From Mobula hypostoma (taxonomy: Eukaryota): 64,000 bases of DNA. Both the position numbers and the translations under genes were made by a program. Location of the stretch: positions 20,648,001-20,712,000 of the forward strand of contig NC_086097.1 of assembly GCF_963921235.1 (NCBI RefSeq), read 5' to 3'. The notes under the pieces were generated by a model. The model was not told where the DNA came from, made no database searches, and was given only the letters and a program-made list of their open reading frames with translations. Below are positions 50,395 through 60,662 of the stretch, in pieces (position 1 is the first letter of the stretch; each line of letters opens with the position of its first letter).

Positions 50395-51769
50395 TTCCCT
50401 CCCCCTCCCTTCCCCTGTCCCTACTTCACTCTGCCCCCTCCTCCAGCTGCCTATCACCTCCCTCATGGTTCCACCTCCTTCTACTACCCATTGTGTTTTT
50501 CCCTATTCCTTCTTCACCTTTCCTGCCCGTCCCCTCCTTGCTTCCCCTCCCCCACAACTTTATCATTCCCCTTACTGGTTTTTCGCCTGGAACCTACCAG
50601 CCTTCTCCTTCCCACCCTCCCCCCACCTTTTTTTTAGGGCCTCTGGCCCTTCCCTCTACAGTCCTGACAAAGGGTTCCGGCCCAAAACGTTGACCGATCT
50701 TTTCCACGGATGCTGCCCAACCTGCTGAGTTCCTCCAGCGTGTTGTGAGGAGGTGTGAGTTGTGCTGGAGGAACCACGTGCCAGCAAGACTGTTGGAGTG
50801 CGGCAACAAGGCGCGTGGACAAGATGGGACAAGGTAACATTTCGTCGGGGGAAATTTGGCGTGCTGGACCCCACCACATCAAGTTCCTGATCCAGTCGGT
50901 CTGTGATGCCCTGCCAAACGCAGCAAACCTCTACTGCTGTGGCAAGGCTGAAATACCAGCATGCTCCTTGTGCCGGGTGAAGGGGACATGAGAGCGCATC
51001 CTCAGCTGCTGCCCGTGAGCCCCTGGGGGAGGGGTGTTATTGTTGGCGCCACGACCAGGTGCTGAAGATAGTGGCTGACACCTTGTGCACAGCTGTCACC
51101 CAGGCCAAACACCATTGCCCAGCAAAGCAGGCAATTGCTTTTATCAAGGCTGGAGAAAAAGGCTCAAACCCAGTGCAAGGAGAATGCCGGCCTTTTCTGA
51201 AGAGCAAAGGACTGGCAATTGAAAGCCAACCTCAGATTCCCTGAGCACATCTTCTTGACAATGCTTTGGCCAGACATAGTGCTGGCGGGACCATGAGTCA
51301 GCAGGCAGGCAGTCACGTTGGAGCTGACTGGTTCCTGGGAAGATCGGACAGAGGTGGCCCATGGAAGGAAAAAGACAAAGTACTGGAGGAGTGCAGAAGC
51401 GAGTGGTGGTGGGCACACAGAGGCAGGCTGCAGAGGGTTTGCTGGTCAATCCCCCCCCCCGCAGAGCCCACAGCCGCATGGGCACTGCGGGAGCCCAGAA
51501 GGGGAAAGTCATCATAGAGGCAGCAGAGAGAGCCTGGAGATGGCTGTGGATGAGGAAGAGTGATCCGTGGCACAATACTTCTGATCAACCCCGGCTGGAT
51601 CACCCGGGCGAGTGAGGCTGATGTTGAAGGACCTGAAACACTGTTTGACCCTGGGTTACATCACTGATGCTGTCTCTGAGTGCATCGCAAGATGTATCAT
51701 TATATCAGGTCATTTGGATTTATTGAGTATGTCTGCAAGGAAATTAATCCAGAGTTGTATATGGTGACA

Positions 51770-52064
51770 CGTGGCCAAGTGGTTAAGGCATTGGTCTAGT
51801 GATTTGAAGGTCGTTAATTCGAGCCTCAGCTGAGGCAGCGTGTGTGTCCTTGAGCAAGGCACTTAACCACACATTGCTCTGTGATGACACCGATGCCAAG
51901 CTGTATCAGCCTTAGTGTCCCTCCCTTGGACAACATCGGTGGTGTGGAGAGGGGAGACTTGCAGCATGGGCAACTGCTGGTCTTCCATACAACCTTGCCC
52001 AGGCCTGTGCCTGGAAACTTTCCAAGGCGCAAATCCATGGTCTCATGGGACTAACGGATGCCTC
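51770..52064 (+). mobile_element. tRNA-derived SINE (same family as 19041-19342)
   Basis: TGGCCAAGTGG A-box, TTCGAGCC B-box; perfect 12-bp TSD TATATGGTGACA at 51758-51769 and 52065-52076. Confidence 0.88.
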
Positions 52065-52159
52065 TATATGGTGACATATATGTACTTTGATTATAAATTA
52101 ACTTTTGTCTTTGAAATCATGAAATGCATTTACGACCCAAGTTAAAAAGTAAACAGTAG

Positions 52160-53110
52160 AACGCTATTGGCGGGCGCTCCGTACATGAGACTGGGTGGTG
52201 GAAGGAGTTCAGTAGGCTCACGGCCCGGCAGGGGGGAGGCTGTTTCCATCCCAAACAGTTTTTGTCCTAATGCTACGGTACCTCTTGCCTGATGATAGGG
52301 GGTGAGAGAGATTGTTGGGCGGAGGGGAAGAGTCACTGACAATGTATGCTTATGGATAGGGAGATCCCGATGATCTTTTCCGGGAACCAACACACGAACT
52401 CAGCAAATGCACGGAGTTAAGCAGCAGACGCCACAGGACACGGGCAGACGCTGTCGGAGGCGGAGCTGAAGGTGGCGGCGGGGTCATGCGCGAGCACGCA
52501 CGCGCGCGCGCGAACGGGAGCTCGCGCCCACGTTCCCGGGCCGGGGTGACGTAGGAGAGGAGGGCCGACGTAACGTCGAGCCGGCTGGCGCTGGCTGCGG
52601 CGGGGTTGTTGTTTGTGCCCGGGTCTCCGCCATGTTGGGACGGTGCGCTTTGTTGTAGAGGCGGAGGGAGGGAACGGGCCCCGGAGTAGCGCACCTCCGT
52701 AGGAGCTGTTCGCTGAGGGCAGGGGGAATTAAAAAAAAGGAAAGAGAGCGATTACAGCAGGTGGCGGGCTCAAGATGAGAGTGAAGCTGGGAGACCGTTA
52801 GGGGACCGGGAGTGGACCGGAGCTGCGCCAAGCCATGCCATAGTAAGTACGGGCGGGGGTGGAGGGGGTTTACTACTCCAGCCGCAGGCTTGGCGGCCGA
52901 TGCTGGTACAAGGTCGGCACCATGCTGGCCGGTTGGCCCACTCGGCCTCCTGCCCACCCCCTCCCTCCGGCCCCATCAGCAGGCACTTTATGTATTTATT
53001 TACAATGTTTCTTATTTTTGTCAGGGTTTTATTTTCCGAACCAGCTTAGGGCACAACCTCCTGTTCCGTGGCCTATCCCTGGCGGCGGCGGCGGCCTATT
53101 ATATAAGCTA
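52160..53110 (+). promoter_or_regulatory. PAPOLA: CpG island promoter and 5' UTR, probably of PAPOLA
   Basis: Sharp rise in GC and CpG; GCGCGCGC runs (NRF1-like), TGACGT (CRE half-site), palindrome CGACGTAACGTCG, YY1-type CCGCCATGTT at 52627-52636, ATTGGCGGG near 52166. Confidence 0.85.
52835..52842 (+). CDS. PAPOLA: Probable PAPOLA (poly(A) polymerase alpha) first coding exon, ATG CCA TA|gtaagt
   Basis: Kozak-like GCCATG followed 8 nt later by a consensus GTAAGT donor. Human PAPOLA exon 1 has 8 coding nt (ATGCCGTT) and lies directly downstream of AK7 (recalled). Exon 2 was not found in the window. Confidence 0.75.
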
Positions 53111-56100
53111 TTTTTAATGAATCTGGGCTTGTGGGGAATCTTAACAGGCCTTTTTTTGCTATTATTTCCGTGGTTTTGAATCCTACCCAGCCTGAAATGT
53201 CGCTTGAAAAATTTGTATCCAAAACGATACCTGTTGAAATCCCATCTATCTTCCACATTCATGCAGATACACTCACTTTGATACTTTAAAGAATAAAATG
53301 TCTTCCTCATGAAACGTGAGAAATGTTGATGTTATTGCGACTTCTTAACTGTAACTCAAATGACCTTGGCTAGTAACTTTATTTGAAACCACACTTTCTG
53401 GTGCTGTCAGAACGCAACTAACTTAAAACCATTTTGAAAACACACCTTTTGGTGGTGGTGTGAAAGCTCTTCTTTTAAACTAGCTTCTGGGTGGTAAACT
53501 GTTACCTTTCACCCTGTGAGTAAAAGTAGCAAAGCAACAGATTTGTGTTCTTAAACATCCATGTGCTGTAACATAGTTTGGTGTATGGGAAAAGGCAGCA
53601 TTAACTTTCCATTAAGATGACGTCAGTGTTGTTGGAGTTGTGGATAGGCTAGAAGTTTGTCATAGGTTGCAACAGGACATTGATAGGTTGCAAAGCTGGG
53701 CTGAGAAGTGGCAGATGGAGTTCAGTCTGGAAAAGTGTGAAGTGATTCACTTTGGAAGGTTGGCTTTTGAATACAGAGTACAGGGATAATGCCAGGATTC
53801 TTATCAGTGTGGAGGAACAGAGGGATTTTGGGGATCTGTGTAAGCTAATGGGGTTTTGAAGGTGGTGTATGTTGTGCTGGTCTTCATTAGTCGGGGGAAT
53901 GAGCTGTGAGGTAATGTTGCAGCTCTATAAAACCCGAGTTAGACCACTCTTGAAGTATTGTGTTCAGTTCTGGTTGCCTCACTATAGAAAGGATATGGAA
54001 GCTTTAGAGGTGGTGCAGAGGAGATTTATCAGGATGGTGCCTGAATTAGATAGTGTGTCTTATGAAGATGGGTTGAGCGAGCTCGGGCTTTTCTCTTTGG
54101 AGCAGAAGACGATGAGAGGTTTACATGATAAGCATTGGTTTGAATGGACAGCCAGAGAATATTTTCTAGGGTGGAAGTGGCAAATGCGAGATTGAAGGAA
54201 GATATAGGAAGGTTGTCATGGTAAGCTTCTTACACAGTGGTGAGTGCTTGGAATGCCCTACCAGGGTAATGGTCGATGAGAGACATTTTAGAGACTCTTG
54301 GATAGACATGTGGATGAAAGAAAAATGGACGGCTTTGTGGTTGGAATAGGTTAAGTGATCAGTACAACATGGTGGGCAGAAGGGCCTGTACTGTGCTGTA
54401 ATGTTCCTTGTTCAATACTGATTCATCTTTTCAGCAGGTCAGGTAATATGGCCCATCAGAAACACGTGAAGCTCTTCAAGTAATTGTATACTATGAAGGC
54501 ATGCACTTTCATCTGCAAATGCTGGAAAAATATGCAGAATGCACAGCAGGTCAGTCTACATCAATAAAAGGAAAATGCAGCTCAGCATTCTTTGAATGTA
54601 AAATCCTATTTACAATTAAATTAGGATGGTAAGATTAAGGTAACAACATAGATCAGAAGTTGGCTAATAAAGCAAGACCAGTTGTGAACTGTGGCTTTTT
54701 GGACTGGAGTGTTGCTCTCCAGGATTGTTAGTGGGAACACTGTTCTCATTGGTCTATGATTAAGCTGGACTTTGGAACTCTAGACATCATTTCATCATTT
54801 GATCTGGTGAGTCATTCCAGAACTTTCTGCTCTTATTTCAGATTTCCAGCATTTGCGGTTGATTTTTTTTTATTTTCAATTTTGAAAAATTGACAGGAAG
54901 CTTGGAAATTGCAGTAAATAGGTGAGTGACTGCAGACTTCAGGTGGACAGAAACTGACTGCTGAGATGGGCAGGAATGGCAAATGACAGTTCACGTAGTG
55001 TAGGGTGAAGTGGTACACTTCGACAGGGGAAACAAATGTGGTGGAAATAGTTTTAAAGTGAGGTGGGGATTGAAACATCTGAGAAATATGTACACATCTG
55101 GGTAGGAAAGTACAAGATTACTTTTTTTAATTTGGCTTGGGATCTTTGAGTTCATTAATGGAACTGTAGATAGATTTGTGCTGAGTCTGTGGTTAAGCTT
55201 CTGCTGGAGTATTGATTATTGTTGTGATTACCACATGGTAGGGAGAATATCAGGCCTGTGAGAACATGTAGAGGTACTAACACAGTACCTAGGATGATTT
55301 GATGGTATTACTAGTGGCAGAGGTCAATTAAATGTTAATGCAGATAATGGTAATTGGAAGAACTAGAGGTGACATGAGGAAATATTTCTATAAGCAAATT
55401 ATATTCTAAAGTACAGAGTTTTAAAGGTTGCTGGATGCAGATGCTATACTAATTTTTGATGATTTGGAATGGATTCGTTGGAAAAGACATTTGTTCTGCT
55501 GTGGATATTCACTGTCGTATTGTCCCATTGGAGCCTCATCCAGGCATGATGAGCAGAATAGCCTCCCTCCCTCCTGTATAATTCTCTGACACTGTTGGTG
55601 CAGTCCTGATAGTAACTTTACTGCTGTGTCTACCTATTCAAAGCCACAGTAAACTGAGTAAACAATGTACATTGTTCCTGATCACAAATATTATACTTTA
55701 AAGAAAACCTTAGTCTTGAAACTTACAGAATTTGTTGCTGTTAATGCCATGAAAGTATTTGACATAAGGTGAAGTTACTGTATTTTAAATCTGGGCGAGC
55801 TTATGTTATTGATTTTGAAAAAGGCATCAAAATTTTAGATGAGATTTGAGGCTGGGAATAGGAAAGTGTTGTGGCTGCACAGGGTATTTGTGATACAAAA
55901 CCTGGAGTACTGCACGTAATTTTAGTAGCCTTACGTATGCAGATAAGTAATAACATTGTAGGCAGTCCAAGAAAGATTCAGCAGGCTGAATTCTCACAGA
56001 AAGAGATTGTTCTATCAAGCAAGGCGGAAAGGAGTCGATTTGTATTTGGAGTTTAGAAGAATGAGGGTGATGTTACAGGAAATTGTAAGAACCCAGTAGA

Positions 56101-57142
56101 GTGTGATGGGGTAGATGCTGAGATATTTTCACTAGTAGGAGAATCTCAGATGATGGGATTTAGTTTGAAGATGTGGCCAATTGGTTAAAACCCTGGTGTG
56201 CAGAAGTTTCTTTTCAAGCTGAATCTCTGGAATTTTGTACTTGAGAGAAATGCAGCGGTTGGATCATTAGTAGCATTTAAAGTGAAGCAAGATAATTTTT
56301 TTGACAGGTTATATAGGGATTTAGCATAAAGGAAGAGTTGATGCTGAGCAAAGATCAGCACAACTTTGAATGGCAGAGCAGGCTGGAGGGGCTGAATTCC
56401 TACTTCTGTTTCCAGATTGTGTGTTTTGGAGAACTGCAATTAATGAGTTGTGATGAACAGAAAGTGGAAATAAAATAGAAAAGTATTCCACTGGCACTAC
56501 TCAGTGGAAGATGGTCATTTGTTGGAGATTGCCATTCCTTCCTTGACATTGTTATGAGATCTTCAAGGCTAACTGTACCAGAATCAATGATTTTTATCCG
56601 TGACTTTCATTATCAAGTCAGGTGCTTGATGAAATCGAAGGAATGGGCCATTCCGTACAAAATTAATCATAGAGCTTTATAGCACAGATACAGGCCCAAA
56701 TACTCCACGCCAGTTGCCGTGCCGATCCAGCTACTCCCAATTTCCTGTATTTGGCCCACATCCCTCCAAGCCCCGACCTTCCACGTACCTATCCAACTAC
56801 TACTTAAACAATACGGTTGTATCTGCCTCAACCACTTCCTCTAGCACCTCATGCCATATTCTCATCATCCTCTCCTTGGAAAAAGTTGGCGCTCTTTAAA
56901 TCTTTCCTGTCTCACCCTAAACCTATGCCCCTATCTTGGGGAAGAGACTGTTACCATCCACCTTATCTATGTCTTTTATAATGTTAAGCATTTTTATATA
57001 AAGTTGCCCCTCATTCTCTTATATTCCCAAAAATAAAGACCTAGACTGGTCAACCTCTCATACACTTTGGATAAGTTCTATACATTCGTTTCGGGTTAAC
57101 CATATCTTTTCTATAATAGAGCAACCAAGACTGTACATAGTA

Positions 57143-59785
57143 CAGGTTTCCCCTGCCATCCGACAGTAGAATGTTCCAATGAAACGGTTCGTAAGCCAAA
57201 ATGTCGTAAAGTGAAGAAGCAATTACCATTTATTTATATGGGAAAAATTTTTGAGCGTTTCCAGACCCAAAAAATAACCTACCAAATCATGCCAAACAAC
57301 ACATAAAACCTAAAATAACAGTAACATATAGTAAAAGCAGGAATGATATGATAAATACACAGCCTATATAAAGTAGAAATACTTTTTGCAATCATTGAAC
57401 TACTGTCTAGCGCAGCGAAAATCTCACGCATGCACTCTCGGCAGAAGCACTCTCTCCAGTAACCTTTAAGCTATGAGGCTGCCAAATCGTACCAAATAAC
57501 AAATCATACTAAATAACACAAAAATACACAGCCCATATAAAGTAGAAATACTTTTTGCAATCATTGAAGCACAGTCTAGCGCAGTGAAAATCTCACGCAT
57601 GCGCTCTCAGCGGAAGCACTGTCGGCGCAGGTACTGTCAGTGGAAGCACTCTCTCCAGTAACCTTTAAGCTATGAGGCTGACAAATCATACCAAATAACA
57701 CAAAAATACACAACTTATATAAAGCAGAAATAATGTATGTACAGTGTAGTTTCACTTACGGGAATCGGGATGGTGTGTTAGGCTGAGTCGTCAGAAATTG
57801 GGATGGTGGGAGGTAGAGGAGACTGGGGTGTCATCTCATCGTAGTCTATTTCTAATAGGGCAGCCAGGTCATCATCTTCTATGTCTGCCTGCCTCGATGT
57901 CGAAGGTCGAGGTTCGTCGTCTGCTGTAGCTGATGTGCAAGGCTTGAAAAACGACAGTATACTTGACTGAGCCTCGCGCATTTTTAGATCATAGAGTTCT
58001 TTGTAAGCACTCAAATCATCCTGCAAACCTGCCCTAAACCTACGTGCCCTTTCAAAATTAAAGTCATACTTTTCTGCAATCATTGCAGCGCTGTCAACCA
58101 CAGCGAAAATCTCTCACAACTGCTTCACGTTCAGTCCCTGGATGACTTCATTTTCGCTACTGCGTTCGGTTTCAATTGTTATCCTTTCCTCTTGCAATTG
58201 CATCAGCTCTTCATCTGTCAATTCTTGGTCATGGGATGACACCATCTTCGTCAACTTCCACAAACCCAGCCTCCTTAGCCAAGCTCACTACTGTCGTATT
58301 TATTGTTGATGGTTCGAAGCCTTTAAAATCGTTCACTGCTTCGGGACATAGTTTCCTCCAAACGCCATTTCTCATCGAGACTGTTAGCCTATGTTGGCGT
58401 CTGCCAGTTTTATATTGTAGTCTTTCGAGATCTCTCGCAAAGATGCTTCGGAGTTGCCCTCTCTGTCAATAGCACTTACAATAAAACGCATCACATTTTG
58501 CGTATAGTAAGCCTTAATTGTGGCTATTAGGCCTTGGTCACACGGCTGCAGCAACAATGTCGTATCCGGCGGTAAGAACAGAACACGAATGTTACTGCCG
58601 TATTCGGTAATGGCATGCGGATGAGCAGCACAACTATTGACAATCACAAGACACCTATTATCGAGGTTATCTTCTCTACAGTATTTTTCAACGAAAAGAC
58701 TAACGTATCGGCTCATGTACTCAGAAAAAAGCACTTGGGTGTGAACAGAACACAACGGGAAGGGTTTTCTTATCAACACCTTTAAGTGCCCTCGGATTTT
58801 CTGAATGGTACACTGGTAGAGGCTTAGTGGCGTTAATAATAGGCATTAGGGTAAACCTGTCCTTCGATGCCTTGTGTCCCTTAGCCTGCTTTTCTTCTTT
58901 CGAAATAAATGTCTTACTCGGCAATTTTTTCCAATAAATTGCAGTTTCGTCACAGTTAAACACTTGCTTATACGAATAACCACCTTCTGTAATTATTTTC
59001 TTCAGTTCAGCTGGGAACCTTTCAGCAGCTTCAGTTATCAGCCGAAGCACTCTCTCCAGTAAACGATAAACTATGAAGCTGCCCTCACCTCAGAAACCGA
59101 TCAAACCACCCGTGACTACCTATAAATTCCACTTTCGCAATACTTTCAACACCATCGACCAGTGCTTTATGTTTCAGCTTATTAAAAAGACTGACTGATT
59201 TCTCCTTAAGTATAAGATAACTTAAAGGAACAACACATTTTGTACACCCATCAATCCACTCAAGCAATAGACTTTCCATTTTATCCATTACTGGATGCCG
59301 ACTAAGAGAGACCACTAAGAGAGAGCAGAACCAACAGTAACATCGGCAGCTTTCAAGATTTTTTCTCTCTGCGTATAAATAGTGCAAATGGTGGATGCAG
59401 GCAAGCTCAATGCGTGGACAATGTCCTTACTTCGTTCACCACGATCGAAATGCTTAATTATTTCTAGTTTTACGCTAAGTGTAACACCCTTACAAGCTCT
59501 TTTAGGCTTTTCCGATACCTTAGAACTCATCTTGCTAACAGATGCACAAAATAAATCGAGATAAAGCACGTGTTTCAGCAGTGGCGGCTAGAATGCAGTT
59601 CTGGGGAAGAGCTTGGCTGCCTGGGGCGCACGCTGCTTTATTTTCGCACGCTGCCATTTTTTTCGCACGTTGCTTTTTTCGTAACAGTGAAAAAACCTTC
59701 TGTTAGCAAAAACAGGATACTAATGTAGGTCTTTCGTAACAGTGATGTTTGGTAAAGCGAACGTTCAAAAAGCGGGGGACACCTG
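57143..59785 (-). mobile_element. Full-length Tigger/pogo DNA transposon with frameshifted transposase (ATG near 59530 to 57778)
   Basis: TA TSDs at 57141-57142 and 59786-59787; termini CAGGT(T/G)TCCCC; CENP-B-type HTH (TLSVKLEIIK, MESLLLEWI, SHGWFDRF); DDE region VFNCDETAIYWK, KDRFT, FLPPDTTLLLQPCDQGLI; inserted in a CR1 fragment. Confidence 0.92.
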
Positions 59786-60149
59786 TACTCAAGTGCGGCC
59801 TCATCAATGACTTGCACAACTGCAGCATAATGTTTCAACTCAGTGCCCTCACTGATGACTGTTTACCCAGCATGCTGAGCACCTTTTACACCATCTAACT
59901 GTGATGCCACTTTCAATGAACTATGTACTTGTACTGCTAGGTCCCTCTGTTCTGTTACATTTCCTGGTGCCCAATCGTTCATAGTTTTGACTTTCCAAAA
60001 TGCATCACCTCACAGTTATCTGTATTGAATTTATTTGCACCACCTCCCCCCATCCCCAGCCCACTTCCAAGATCTCTCATTATCTGTGATATCCTTCACT
60101 GTCAAAATTCCTAATTTTGTGTAATTGCAAACTTACTGATCAAGCCTTA

Positions 60150-60662
60150 AGCCTGGTTTATACTTCTGCGTCAACGCGTGGCCGTAAGGTCTGTGTCGCC
60201 GCAAACCCTACGCAAAGCCGATGCAGAACCCTAAGCGAGAGCTTGCGTTGCTGTGACGTGCACCTCTCCCAAAATGTAACTACGCATTGCGACAACGCAG
60301 AACACAACAACTGTGATTGGTCCGCTTGATAGTATCGCATGTCATCCTACGCTGCAGTCGCTTCCCATTGGGTGACTGAAGGGCAGGGAAGGAACTCTGG
60401 CTGCAATGCTTTCCAAAAAGCTTTACGGACCTCCGAAATTATGGAGGACACATTTCGCATGAAAAAAGACACTCGCGTCTTGTTTACCCTGAGACTACCA
60501 TGACCATGAAGCCTTGCGCGGGCAGGTGAGTGCGCGTGCGTGACGTGCGCGAATTGCCGAGCGATGCAGACACACCAATACACAAGTATAAATGCTCACA
60601 ACGTGCGTAGGCCACTTGCGTAGGTTACGGCGTCCAGTTAACACAGAAGTATAAACCAGGCT
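60150..60662. mobile_element. PIF/Harbinger-type MITE, 513 bp
   Basis: TIRs of about 26 bp AGCCTGGTTTATACTTCTGYGTYAAC; TTA TSD at 60147-60149 and 60663-60665; CpG-rich; inserted in a CR1 fragment. Confidence 0.85.

Larger units (their letters stand above)
49002..50747. mobile_element. Penelope-like element, inverted structure, young copy
   Basis: Perfect 16-bp TSD AGGAGGTGTGAGTTGT at 48986-49001 and 50748-50763; minus arm 49002 to about 49527, plus arm about 49528-50747. Confidence 0.93.
48067..51705 (+). mobile_element. Degenerate RLE-type non-LTR retrotransposon (HERO/NeSL-like): RT, CCHC finger, PD-(D/E)xK endonuclease; interrupted by Penelope
   Basis: HRLEKGI.AGCTVSVI..VDDLTVT; GIEVRTSRRWRAQDAVEQAE..GRAGLG; CSLC..ILSCCP..WRHDQVLK; WPDIVL..ELTGSWEDR..AHGRKKTKY; many frameshifts. 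Confidence 0.78.

Noticed and set aside
51770..51845. Possible tRNA gene (also about 19041-19100 and 15890-15960)
   Set aside because: tRNA-like SINE heads followed by SINE body (TSDs visible for the 19.0 and 51.8 kb copies); no complete cloverleaf.
52350..53179. Several 100-157 aa ORFs on both strands in the CpG island
   Set aside because: Low-complexity Pro/Ala/Arg-rich frames expected from GC-rich, stop-poor DNA; no recognisable domain.
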